From the IMG/VR virus record IMGVR_UViG_3300019487_000017: a stretch of DNA of 64,000 bases; one strand, written 5' to 3'. The notes below the pieces were generated by a model. It saw nothing but the letters and a program-made list of their open reading frames with translations. It did not search any database and had not been told where the DNA came from. This DNA comes from a virus. The first letter of the stretch is position 1; every line of letters starts with the position of its first letter. Below, piece by piece: positions 1-9,459 of the stretch. The translations under genes and the position numbers were made by a program.

Positions 1-846
1 GTCCGAGGCAAATTCGCAGAAAAAATAGAAGCTGAACAAAGTTTTGAATACTACTATAACCGTTTGAAATATAATGATAACAATAAACCATCGTTAGTAG
101 ATATTCATGATAATCTTAATGGGGAAGAGTCTAACGAAGCAATTAAACGGCTTAATAGAAGTCTCACGGATGATGAAAAAGAAAAAATAAGGGATATTAT
201 TGAAAAGCATTATACCTCTAAAGGGGAAGAAGACTCAGGACCATCTTGGCAATTTATGGATAAGAATCCGGTCCCTATAAAAAAGAAATGGGAGACTGTT
301 ATAAAGGATTGGTCCAGGAAATACTTGACAAATGATTTTGGTTCATTTGAACATTGGGCGAGAGTAAATCCAAGAATATCAGATTTATTAGGTGACTGTG
401 TATTACCTTCGGATATGGAACTACAAGAGAAAGAAGAAATGGGAAGGATATCTGTTCATTTCTTCCTTGATACAAGTGGCTCTTGCAAAAGTTTAGCTCC
501 TAGATTTTGGACTGCTGCAAGGTCTTTACCTCGCTCCCGATTTGATGTGAAATTATATTGTTTTGATACAAAAGTCTATGATGTTGATGAAAAAGTAGGT
601 AAGTTGTATGGTGGAGGAGGTACATCATTTAAGATAATAGAGAAACATATACAACATGAACGCCTTCCAAAATTAAAAAAAGAGTGTTTATTACCTTATC
701 CCGAAGCTGTTTTTATTATTACAGATGGATACGGAGACAAGGTTCAACCTATTCTTCCTGCAAGATGGCATTGGTTTTTAACTTCAACTCATCGATCTTG
801 TATCCCAGAAAAGTCTCATGTTTATAACTTAAAAGACTTTGAATAG
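1..846 (+). CDS. VWA-domain protein (DUF2201-type metallopeptidase/VWA C-terminal half), 5' truncated by the window edge
   Basis: Frame open from base 1; MIDAS-like FFLDTSGS, GGGGTSF, IITDGYG. Confidence 0.8.
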   Translation, partial: VRGKFAEKIEAEQSFEYYYNRLKYNDNNKPSLVDIHDNLNGEESNEAIKRLNRSLTDDEKEKIRDIIEKHYTSKGEEDSGPSWQFMDKNPVPIKKKWETVIKDWSRKYLTNDFGSFEHWARVNPRISDLLGDCVLPSDMELQEKEEMGRISVHFFLDTSGSCKSLAPRFWTAARSLPRSRFDVKLYCFDTKVYDVDEKVGKLYGGGGTSFKIIEKHIQHERLPKLKKECLLPYPEAVFIITDGYGDKVQPILPARWHWFLTSTHRSCIPEKSHVYNLKDFE

Positions 847-883
847 TCGATTAGATATCTGTATTCAATTACAGGTATCTAAT

Positions 884-1369
884 ATGACTCAAAAAGAAGC
901 TATGGAATATTTTCTTCCTATGATTGAGAAAAATGGTAGCGTCTATAGAAAAATTGGTAAAGTATATGCTCGTCCTGCCGTAAAAGGTGAGAAGATAGAT
1001 ACATATACAAGCGATGGAAAAGAAACTACTAATACCGCCAAAGAAGGCGACATAGTTGTTAAGAACCAAACGGGTTCTAGAGAAAAATATATATTATCAA
1101 AAGATAAGTTCGAAGCTCGTTATAAATTGATTGGAGAAGCTTCTGAAAAAGGTTGGAAGGTATATGAACCTACCGGGAAGATTCTAGCGATTAATTTTGA
1201 TAGCGAATCGTTAAATAAACCAAACGAAATGGACTTTGAGGCGTCTTGGGGCGAGAAAATGAAACTGAAAGATGGGGATATGGTAGCTACGCCATTACCT
1301 AAGAAAGATGAAATTTATCGTATTGCATCTAAAGAATTTTCAGAGACTTATGATATTGGTGATAATTAA
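884..1369 (+). CDS. PGDYG-like protein
   Basis: ARPAVKGEKIDT...AKEGDIVVKNQTGSREKYILSKDKFEARY pattern, internally duplicated; ATG 884 preferred over 839. Confidence 0.5.
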   Translation: MTQKEAMEYFLPMIEKNGSVYRKIGKVYARPAVKGEKIDTYTSDGKETTNTAKEGDIVVKNQTGSREKYILSKDKFEARYKLIGEASEKGWKVYEPTGKILAINFDSESLNKPNEMDFEASWGEKMKLKDGDMVATPLPKKDEIYRIASKEFSETYDIGDN

Positions 1370-1400
1370 AATAAAAGAATTTTTAGAGGATTTAAAAAGT

Positions 1401-1431
1401 TCTCCAGCAAAAATAATGTCGATACTAAATT
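1401..1431 (+). promoter_or_regulatory. Recurrent motif TCTCCAG-N18-TAAATT
   Basis: Intergenic copy of the window-wide motif. Confidence 0.55.
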
Positions 1432-1520
1432 TGAAGTCGCAACTGAATTTTGAAAATAATCATATTTGAAGGTGATTATTTCAAAGTTAAGTTGTTATTG
1501 GTTGGCCAGCCAAAAAACCT

Positions 1521-1553
1521 TTGACAGTAGGGGTTAGGGCGTAATGTTACGCC
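1521..1553 (+). promoter_or_regulatory. TTGACA box followed by operator-like palindrome GGCGTAA-TG-TTACGCC
   Basis: TTGACA 1521-1526; perfect 7-bp inverted repeat 1538-1553 upstream of ORF 1599. Confidence 0.4.
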
Positions 1554-1598
1554 AAACTGTTATAGAGAGAAGAGTTTAGAGTAGAGAAAGGTGAATTT

Positions 1599-2525
1599 AT
1601 GTCTTATGATGCCCGTATTGCGCAAGCACGTTCTGTGTTGGAAGCGCACAATTCCAAAGTTACTAATCCTGCTTACCAAGTAAACATTGAAGATTTCTTT
1701 GATAAGTTGGCTGCTAAAGGCGGTACAACAGAGGAAGGTCTATCTGCTGCAACTTGGGAAACATTGGGTCAATGCGGATGCCCGGAAATCTTGGCAAGAC
1801 ACATTGCTAATGATATCTTCCGTAAGCGTTCTTATGCTAATGACAATTATGGTGCAGCTACTTTAGGAAGCACTGGTCCAGCATATGTTGGTGAAAAACG
1901 CGCTAAACATATGACTCCTAGTGAACTATTACAGAATTATGATCCGAAAGATCCCGATTCTGCAGTAGCAACAAGATTAGCTCAGTTGTCTAGAAACCAG
2001 CCTTTTATTGTCCATAATCGAGACAATTCAATTAATCAGGCTGCATCATTAAAGTTGCTAGATGAATTGCGTGATAATTTCCCTCCACGCGATGTATACA
2101 GTTTAGGTGATAATCGTCCTCCTGTTAGGACTTACAAGATTGGTGATGCTCCAAATAAGATGGCGGATCAAAACCCGCTTTTCCCTCATGAGCCTTTGCG
2201 CCCTGATGGAACTTGTTCGCATACACAGCATTCTTGGATGTCAGTACCTATTGAGTTACGTAGATTAATTTTTGTGGCTCGAACTGAAACACAAGAAATT
2301 GTTGTGAATGCTATCAAAGATGCAATTGACGTTATTGAGATTGCTATCTCTGATAAGGCAGAAGAAAAACTTATGCGTCGATATCCGAGAGCTGGAATGT
2401 GGCTCGAAGAGATGCAAAGCAGAGGCGAACCTTTGCCTACATTGCGTATCGCTTTGGGCGGTGTTGTACGATCAAAGAAGGATAACGATCCATTCTTTGG
2501 GGCTACAAAACACAAATCGTTCTAA
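1599..2525 (+). CDS. Hypothetical protein
   Basis: 308-aa ORF with AAGGTGA RBS; no recognised motif. Confidence 0.8.
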   Translation: MSYDARIAQARSVLEAHNSKVTNPAYQVNIEDFFDKLAAKGGTTEEGLSAATWETLGQCGCPEILARHIANDIFRKRSYANDNYGAATLGSTGPAYVGEKRAKHMTPSELLQNYDPKDPDSAVATRLAQLSRNQPFIVHNRDNSINQAASLKLLDELRDNFPPRDVYSLGDNRPPVRTYKIGDAPNKMADQNPLFPHEPLRPDGTCSHTQHSWMSVPIELRRLIFVARTETQEIVVNAIKDAIDVIEIAISDKAEEKLMRRYPRAGMWLEEMQSRGEPLPTLRIALGGVVRSKKDNDPFFGATKHKSF

Positions 2526-2538
2526 GTCTTATAGCGGA

Positions 2539-2586
2539 AGTTAAGAGGTACGGGCGGTTGTTAATAATCGTCCGTATCTCTTAACT
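2539..2586 (+). terminator. 22-bp hairpin (terminator or RNase III-type site)
   Basis: AGTTAAGAGGTACGGGCGGTTG-TTAA-TAATCGTCCGTATCTCTTAACT fully paired with G.U wobbles. Confidence 0.6.
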
Positions 2587-2609
2587 ATTTATATAATTAA
2601 GGAGAAAAA

Positions 2610-3776
2610 ATGAATCAACAAATGATAGTAAATGGGTTAACATGTACGTTAAATATGCCAAAAGCCCTTAAATCTAGAACATCTGGCGCAAATGAATCTT
2701 CACAAGGCTTACCTCCATATAGACAGATTAATGCATACCCCGTAGATGAATATCCTGCATGTCCTGATAATTGGATGCATGGCTCAGCTAAAGCATCCTC
2801 TTATTTCGTACCTGTTCAAGCGGATCATGGAATGTGGTTGGATTTTAACGGATGTCGTTCGCATACACATGATGTTGCGATAGTAGTATCTATTCAAGGT
2901 ATTAATCCAATTACTGGACAAAAGCAAGACAAACTTAGATTGGAAAAGTATAAAACAAAATGTCCTGTTTGCAATATTTCATTCAAACAAGATCGTTTTT
3001 GTGAGAAATGTAAATTTAGTTGGCCTTCACAGAATTACCTAGCAACTACTGGAACTCCGTTTGGATTGTTTTGGTTAGATGGTTTCCGTGCAGCAGATGG
3101 TGTTGTAAGGCAATATATTTTTACAGAAGAAGAAATTCGTGGCGTAGCGCAGCAAGTTATTGGTAAGGATAGATGTTTTGCTATTGGGGTAGCATTCTAC
3201 CTATCTAAGAAACCAAAGCCTCAGAAAGAGATAGGGAGTCCTCTTAGAGGTATGGACCTGAATATTCATCATAAATATTATCCATCTGTTACTCCTGCAT
3301 CTATTTCGCTTCCTAAAGTGGATAAATGGGAAACAACATGGGGGAATGTAGATAATAATTCAATTGAATCGCAATTGATAGGTAGTGATGGACCATTACT
3401 GTATAAGGACTGTAATAGTATCCCCGATTCTGATAAATCTGATACGTATAGTCGTGGTATAACTTGTTCGGTAAACAATCTATCTGATAAAAAATATCGT
3501 TCACGCTCATTACTTAGAAGCACAGGAACGGATTCAGATACTTTTGTAAAGATAGACAAACAAATTGAAAATGTTAAGTTTGAAATAGGTGCAGGAGCAA
3601 AAATAAATCAACAGGTTTATGATGATCCTGAAAATCTATCTTATTGGAAAACAAAACCTGCTGGAATGATATATATCAATTATTGTTCAGTTAACGAATG
3701 TGAAAGGATATTGCAATCTGGCAAAAGGGAAGATAAGGCAGAAGGTTTTCTTACTAGTTTGAAAACTGGTAACTGA
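2610..3776 (+). CDS. Conserved hypothetical protein with zinc-ribbon insertion
   Basis: 388 aa, AAGGAG RBS; CPVC...CEKC; WLDFNG, GINPITG, WLDGF, RQYIF motifs. Confidence 0.75.
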   Translation: MNQQMIVNGLTCTLNMPKALKSRTSGANESSQGLPPYRQINAYPVDEYPACPDNWMHGSAKASSYFVPVQADHGMWLDFNGCRSHTHDVAIVVSIQGINPITGQKQDKLRLEKYKTKCPVCNISFKQDRFCEKCKFSWPSQNYLATTGTPFGLFWLDGFRAADGVVRQYIFTEEEIRGVAQQVIGKDRCFAIGVAFYLSKKPKPQKEIGSPLRGMDLNIHHKYYPSVTPASISLPKVDKWETTWGNVDNNSIESQLIGSDGPLLYKDCNSIPDSDKSDTYSRGITCSVNNLSDKKYRSRSLLRSTGTDSDTFVKIDKQIENVKFEIGAGAKINQQVYDDPENLSYWKTKPAGMIYINYCSVNECERILQSGKREDKAEGFLTSLKTGN

Positions 3777-3794
3777 ATTTTCTCCTGAAATTAT

Positions 3795-3828
3795 AAAACC
3801 CCGTCTTATTCGTAAGATGGGGTTTTTC
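3795..3828 (+). terminator. Rho-independent terminator
   Basis: AAAACCCCGTCTTA-TTCG-TAAGATGGGGTTTTT. Confidence 0.85.
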
Positions 3829-3864
3829 TTTGTATAAAACTCATTAGAATGAGAGATAGGCAAT

Positions 3865-4488
3865 ATGAGTCTCATTACATCTATATTCCCCAAATTATCA
3901 AATGATAGATGGGGATACATCAATTTGGCGATGGAAGCAACCTTAGATACCAACATTCATTCATCCCCAAATCCATTGTTGGATCCTGATTTGTGTTATA
4001 ATTGGGTAAAACAGTTACATGCAAAATACCATATTGATTACAGTTATGGTGGATGGTTGGAAGATAGGCATTTTTTATGGCGTGATTCATACTTAAAAGA
4101 TACAAATGCTATCCATTTAGGTGTAGATTTTAATGTTCCTGCTGGAACTGAGATATATTCTCCTATTTCTGGAGTGGTTGATGATGTTTTTTATGATAAT
4201 GACAGGAATGGTGGTTGGGGTGGTAGAATAATTATTAAAACAAAACCATTATGGTTATTTGCTCATATGTCTCATAGTTTACCTGCAAGGGGTACAGAAA
4301 TAAAGATTGGAGATTATTTAGGGACTGTGGGTATATCAAAAGAGAATGGCAACTGGTTTCCTCATTTGCATGTCCAATGTTTAGATGCATCAATTATGTA
4401 TAATAATACAGAATTAGATGGTTATGGTGGTTGGTACAGTTTGATGCCTAAAGTATATCCTGATCCAATGGGAATTTTATTAAGTTAG
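3865..4488 (+). CDS. M23 family metallopeptidase
   Basis: HLGVD (HxxxD) and FPHLHVQ (HxH) zinc ligands; YSYGGWLEDR. Confidence 0.85.
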   Translation: MSLITSIFPKLSNDRWGYINLAMEATLDTNIHSSPNPLLDPDLCYNWVKQLHAKYHIDYSYGGWLEDRHFLWRDSYLKDTNAIHLGVDFNVPAGTEIYSPISGVVDDVFYDNDRNGGWGGRIIIKTKPLWLFAHMSHSLPARGTEIKIGDYLGTVGISKENGNWFPHLHVQCLDASIMYNNTELDGYGGWYSLMPKVYPDPMGILLS

Positions 4489-5525
4489 GAACATTTGATT
4501 TTAAAGTTAATAGCTTTTAACCAAATCTTTGTTGACTTATAATTCCAAGATGCTAATTTGTAACAGGAATAACTTTCTAAAGCAATTAATTGTCCATAAT
4601 ATGCCACTTTTAAATGTCTAACCATAGATTTAACAGAATTAGGATCTGCTTTAGCAAACCAAGGCATCCAGTCTATTTCAGGTGAAACTACGATTGGAAT
4701 ACCACAAAAAACAAAGTCTGCTGCAACAATATTGAAGCTTTCTGTTAATGAAACTTGCATACCCAGATCCATAGTTCTAACTAACTTAACGAAGCATCTA
4801 TGGTCCATCCAAGGATGTTCAACTAATTCATGAGAAACTTCAGAGAACAATGCTCTTAAGTTTTTAATAGTTTGATCTCCGTTTTGTTCTGCTCGGTCTG
4901 AATTAATATGAAATTTTAAATGTAGACCCATTTCATCAGCAAAGCGAATAGCCGCTAATGCTTGATTGAGATGGTTTTTCATAGGTCTGACGGAACCGAA
5001 ACAACCAATATTGATAGTATTTTGTTTATGACACTGATCTTCAGTAAATTCATGTACATAGCAATCTGGATTATAGATGTTTGGTAAATATATAGGTTTA
5101 TTTCTTAAAACTTTTCTTAGGCTATTATTGAATTCTTTACTGTTACAAGAAACATGGAAATTTGGGTATATTTCTTGAAGATCTTTATATTCGACTAACC
5201 AAGGAAAAGCGATTCCTTCATTAGCGATAAAAGGTGCTTTAGAGTGAATTCTTACAATCCACTGCCTGTTTTGATGACGTGGAAGTGATAAGATTTCATT
5301 AAATTTATCTGCTGTAACCCATAATGCTTCAATAAGAACATGGGTTGGATTATATTTGGTCACTTCTCGGTCTATATCGTTGGCATCTACAACCATAATA
5401 ACTTTAGCATCCATTCCATGTTGTATCATGGTTCTGGCTACAAATGTTGCAGAATTAACTAATCCGAAAGATTTACCGTATGTGGAGATACGCTGTTTAC
5501 AGATAAAAAGAAGTTTGGGCTTCAT
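4485..5525 (-). CDS. Glycosyltransferase (GT-B/GT4-like)
   Basis: NIGCFGSVRPMKNHLNQ, QVSLTESFNIVAAD, GIPIVVS. Confidence 0.75.
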   Translation of the reverse strand: MKPKLLFICKQRISTYGKSFGLVNSATFVARTMIQHGMDAKVIMVVDANDIDREVTKYNPTHVLIEALWVTADKFNEILSLPRHQNRQWIVRIHSKAPFIANEGIAFPWLVEYKDLQEIYPNFHVSCNSKEFNNSLRKVLRNKPIYLPNIYNPDCYVHEFTEDQCHKQNTINIGCFGSVRPMKNHLNQALAAIRFADEMGLHLKFHINSDRAEQNGDQTIKNLRALFSEVSHELVEHPWMDHRCFVKLVRTMDLGMQVSLTESFNIVAADFVFCGIPIVVSPEIDWMPWFAKADPNSVKSMVRHLKVAYYGQLIALESYSCYKLASWNYKSTKIWLKAINFKIKCS

Positions 5526-5653
5526 ACTACTTACCCTCTTTCTAGTGAAAGCACTTCTTTTATCGTTCTAGTATTGGGAGAAGGATTCCTTTTATAAAAT
5601 GATCATTTTCTCTGGGATGAGTCTAAGACTTTGGTTTTGAAGAGATTATATAT

Positions 5654-6109
5654 TTACTCTTTATTGCTTTTAAATTGTTCTACGAAGGGTTTTCTGCGTT
5701 TAGGGTTATCTTTTGTAAAAGTAGCAAAATTTATTGCTCTTTGAAATTCCGTACCATTTAAATTATCTTTTGTTAAGTAATCTTTAGCACCATTTTTTAA
5801 TGCATTCATGCTAAGTTCATAATCATCAATACATGTTAGAACTACAATTGCAGTGCATTTAAGATCTGCTTCATCAAGTAACTTTCTTGCTGTAATTACG
5901 GTTTCTAATCCTTTACTATCGGGAAGATGGAGATCTAATAAAACAAAATCAAAATCTGACTTAGGGTCTTTTATTTTGACTTGAAATTCAGCCATTGATT
6001 CTGCAATAAGACTGATATCTCCGTTCAATTTTGTTAACATTTCTGTTGTGAGGGCTATATCGTGCTTATTGTCTTCAACCAAAAATATCTTAATTCCGTT
6101 GGTAGCCAT
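5654..6109 (-). CDS. Single-domain response regulator
   Basis: LVEDN, FVLLDLHLPDSKG (phospho-Asp), VVLT, GAKDYLTK. Confidence 0.9.
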   Translation of the reverse strand: MATNGIKIFLVEDNKHDIALTTEMLTKLNGDISLIAESMAEFQVKIKDPKSDFDFVLLDLHLPDSKGLETVITARKLLDEADLKCTAIVVLTCIDDYELSMNALKNGAKDYLTKDNLNGTEFQRAINFATFTKDNPKRRKPFVEQFKSNKE

Positions 6110-6124
6110 TATAAATCCTATCTC

Positions 6125-6535
6125 CTATGGTAATTTTACGCAATTTAGCCAGAATTCTCCTACTAGCTTCAATACTCTTTCTATTTCTTTATAATCGGAT
6201 GGTTTTACAATATAAGAGTTTGCGCGTAATCCATATGCTTTTTTAACATCTTGTTCACGATCTGATGTGGTATATACCACTACTGGTATAAGCATATCAT
6301 TTTTCTTCATAATGGACAATATATCTAAACCGGAGTGTCCAGGTAGATTTAGGTCCAATATTATTAAATCGGGATCTGGAACGTTTTTGTATGGTGATCT
6401 TTTTAATAGATAGTCAATTGCATCTGTGCCAGAATTTATAACTACAGATTGTATACTTAGATGAGGCAGACTATCTAAGATGCCTTGAATAATATAAACG
6501 TCTGCTTTATTATCATCTATTATTAGAACTCTCAT
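6125..6535 (-). CDS. Single-domain response regulator (Rcp-like)
   Basis: IIDDN, IILDLNLPG, YTTS, ANSYIVKP. Confidence 0.9.
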   Translation of the reverse strand: MRVLIIDDNKADVYIIQGILDSLPHLSIQSVVINSGTDAIDYLLKRSPYKNVPDPDLIILDLNLPGHSGLDILSIMKKNDMLIPVVVYTTSDREQDVKKAYGLRANSYIVKPSDYKEIERVLKLVGEFWLNCVKLP

Positions 6536-8075
6536 TACTGTCTTTTTCCTTATAAACAGGAAGCGTAAAAACGAAAGTAGTTCCTTTTCCTACCTTTGAT
6601 TTTACTTCAATCTTTCCACCATATTTTTCAATAATACGCTTACATGTTGCTAAACCTATTCCATTTCCTTCATTTGATAAAACTTCCTTATGGGGGATAC
6701 GGTAGAACATTTTAAATAACTTTTCAAAATTTTCTTCTGCTATTCCCACACCATTATCAGTAAAATTGAATTTAACAAAACCGTCATCTTGTATATGATA
6801 AGTTATCCTTATTAGGGGTTTTTTATCCTTGTTGCAAAATTTAATACTATTAGAAATAAGGTTTTGAAATACCCTTGCTATTTCTGCTTGATTCCCATAT
6901 AGTGGTGTATCATTCTTTTCATCGTATTTTATAGATGCTTTAGACGCAGATATTTTTATTTTCATCGAAGATAGGACTTCTTTTATAACAGTATGAAAAG
7001 AAGTGTCTGATCGTTTGCCTTTTTGATTAACTTTTGCGTATTCTAAAAGATCTTTAATTAACGTTCTTAATTTAGTGGTAGCTTCTAGTATGAAATCTAG
7101 ATATTTCTTTCCTGTATCATCTATTTGATTTTGATATTTCATTGATAGAAGTTGTATATAACTTGCTATGGTTCTTAAAGGTTCCTGTAAATCGTGAGAT
7201 ACGATATATGCATATTGTTCTAATTCTTCATTTTTGTGTCTATTTTCTTCAAGCGCTCTAAATAATACAGCTTCTCTTTCTTTTTCTTTAGTAATGTCAA
7301 ATAATACACCTGCTACTTCTAATGTTTTGTTTGATTCATTCTTATATGATTTACCCTTGAGTTTGAACCATTTACGGATTGAACCAGGAGTTTGAAAGCG
7401 TAAATCGATATCAAAAGCGGTATTAAGTACTAGATGTTTATTTATTGTAGAAACAGTTTTTTCTCTATCTTCTGGATGGATTAAATCAACAAAATCATGG
7501 AAAGAATTTAATGTAGTGTTATTTTTAACGGCAATAAGGTTATATATGTGAGATGAAAAAAATACATCTTCTGTTTCTACATTCCATATCCACAAACCAT
7601 GTTCAGATCTTTCTATGGCATAATTTAATCTTTCTCTAGTGGTCTGTATATCTTTTTGCAGTTGTCGTGATTGAGAAATATCTATAGCATGTGCGACGAA
7701 ATAGCAAATATTATTTTTATGTGCTAATGATACATTGAGCTGAACCCAAATCCAGTTTCCATTTTTATGAATATATCTCTTTTCCATTTGGTATGTGTTA
7801 ATTTCTCCATTAAGTAAGCGAGACGCATTTTGAACATCTACCGATAAATCTTCTGGATGTGTTATGGATTGAAAATTACGAGTTACAAGCTCTTCAATTG
7901 TGTATCCTACTATGTTACAATAGGCTTTGTTGCAATGTAGGAATCTGCCATCTGGTGAGACTAAAACAATGCCGACAGGTGCATTTTCAAATGCTAAACG
8001 ATATGCTTCTATATCATTTAGAATAGTTTTGGTATCTGGAAATGAGATATTGTCAGGCATTATTATGTCTTCCAT
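6513..8075 (-). CDS. PAS-PAS sensor histidine kinase
   Basis: Two PAS/PAC domains (ITHPED, IHPEDRE); SHDLQEPL H-box; NLISNSIKF; DNGVGI; GNGIGL. Confidence 0.92.
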   Translation of the reverse strand: MEDIIMPDNISFPDTKTILNDIEAYRLAFENAPVGIVLVSPDGRFLHCNKAYCNIVGYTIEELVTRNFQSITHPEDLSVDVQNASRLLNGEINTYQMEKRYIHKNGNWIWVQLNVSLAHKNNICYFVAHAIDISQSRQLQKDIQTTRERLNYAIERSEHGLWIWNVETEDVFFSSHIYNLIAVKNNTTLNSFHDFVDLIHPEDREKTVSTINKHLVLNTAFDIDLRFQTPGSIRKWFKLKGKSYKNESNKTLEVAGVLFDITKEKEREAVLFRALEENRHKNEELEQYAYIVSHDLQEPLRTIASYIQLLSMKYQNQIDDTGKKYLDFILEATTKLRTLIKDLLEYAKVNQKGKRSDTSFHTVIKEVLSSMKIKISASKASIKYDEKNDTPLYGNQAEIARVFQNLISNSIKFCNKDKKPLIRITYHIQDDGFVKFNFTDNGVGIAEENFEKLFKMFYRIPHKEVLSNEGNGIGLATCKRIIEKYGGKIEVKSKVGKGTTFVFTLPVYKEKDSNESSNNR

Positions 8076-8144
8076 ATATAATTCTTACTAAAAAATGATA
8101 GTAAATACTTTTATAAAGATCTAAAAAAGAAAGTTGGTTAATTA

Positions 8145-9029
8145 ATGATTGATTTAATTGCTCATAATCATGGTGGAAAAGTTGATCCGGAAATTCGTTG
8201 TTTAGATCATGGATTTGTAAGACTAGTTGATGTAATGCCAAGAATATCTTACGATCCAGAAATAACAACTTGTGATTTTGCTGCTGTTCAGGCTGCTAGG
8301 ACTAGCTATGGGGATGGAACAAAACAAGTAAACGAAGATAAAGGACTTATTCGTTACCTAATGAGGCATCGTCATACAACACCATCAGAAATGATTGAGT
8401 TTAAATTTCATCAATGTATGCCTATATTTGTGGCAAGACAATGGATCCGTCACAGAACTGCTAATGTTAATGAAATGAGCGGAAGATATTCTATTCTTCC
8501 TAATAAGTTTTACCATCCAGAAGAAGAGAATGTAAGAGCGCAATCAACAAAAAATAAACAAGTGTCAGAAGGTTCGGTAGAAGAAGTAACCGCTACAGAA
8601 TTCCTAGCATACATTGATAAATCCACTTCCGAATTATATGAGAAATATGAACATTTTCTGGATAAAGGTATAGGAAAAGAACAAGCCAGAATGATACTGC
8701 CTTTGAATCTTTATACTGAATGGTATTGGAAATGTGATTTGCATAATATACTACATTTTTTAGCATTACGTTGCGATGCACACGCCCAACAGGAAATACG
8801 AGTATTTGCTAATGCTATGTTAGATCTTATTAAGCCATTAGTTCCTTGGGCAATACAAGCATGGGAAGATTATCATCCTATGAGAGGTGCAATGCTTCTA
8901 ACTAGATTGGAAGTGGAAGCATTACAAAAAGCTACTATAACTGGTTTGCCAGAGATAAATACAGAAAACAAACGAGAAAAGGAAGAATGGTTAGCAAAAT
9001 TAAAGAAGATAATTCCGTCACAGGAATAA
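8145..9029 (+). CDS. thyX: FAD-dependent thymidylate synthase
   Basis: RHRHTTPSE, QWIRHRTANVNEMSGRYS, HAQQEIR. Confidence 0.95.
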   Translation: MIDLIAHNHGGKVDPEIRCLDHGFVRLVDVMPRISYDPEITTCDFAAVQAARTSYGDGTKQVNEDKGLIRYLMRHRHTTPSEMIEFKFHQCMPIFVARQWIRHRTANVNEMSGRYSILPNKFYHPEEENVRAQSTKNKQVSEGSVEEVTATEFLAYIDKSTSELYEKYEHFLDKGIGKEQARMILPLNLYTEWYWKCDLHNILHFLALRCDAHAQQEIRVFANAMLDLIKPLVPWAIQAWEDYHPMRGAMLLTRLEVEALQKATITGLPEINTENKREKEEWLAKLKKIIPSQE

Positions 9030-9033
9030 AGAT

Positions 9034-9150
9034 ATGAAAGCATTGATAATTCTTCTTCTATTTTTTGGTGTGATAATTTTTATTCCATCTGCGATCTTCG
9101 CTACATTAGCTATGCTAATTGATTGGTTGTTTTATCAGAGACGGAATTAA
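9034..9150 (+). CDS. Small membrane protein (38 aa, not in ORF track)
   Basis: MKALIILLLFFGVIIFIPSAIFATLAMLIDWLFYQRRN fills the gap after thyX. Confidence 0.55.
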   Translation: MKALIILLLFFGVIIFIPSAIFATLAMLIDWLFYQRRN

Positions 9151-9151
9151 T

Positions 9152-9421
9152 TTGAAAGATAGTCCACTTGAAATCATTTTGCAGGTAGAATTGGTAAGAC
9201 CATATGGACAGTCTTTGGGTGCTTTATTGGAAATGGCAAATATATGGAGATGTCATTTAGTAAAGGTATCTCCTAGTAAACCTATGCAAGTTATTAAAAT
9301 GCCGTGGAAATCATTTAAAAAAATTTGGGGTACAAATCCTAAAAAAGGTGTTATTGAAATACCAAGCGGAACTGAATTTTTTATTACCTCAATTAGAATT
9401 CTAGATATTCAAGCCACCTGA
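9152..9421 (+). CDS. Hypothetical protein
   Basis: ORF track 9119-9421; TTG 9152 directly after the preceding stop preferred. Confidence 0.55.
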   Translation: MKDSPLEIILQVELVRPYGQSLGALLEMANIWRCHLVKVSPSKPMQVIKMPWKSFKKIWGTNPKKGVIEIPSGTEFFITSIRILDIQAT

Positions 9422-9422
9422 A

Positions 9423-9453
9423 TCTCCAGTTTTTAAATATTTACTCTTAGTAT
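9423..9453 (+). promoter_or_regulatory. Recurrent motif TCTCCAG-N18-TAGTAT, possible leaderless start
   Basis: ATG 9460 lies 6 nt after the -10-like hexamer. Confidence 0.6.
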
Positions 9454-9459
9454 TAAAAT

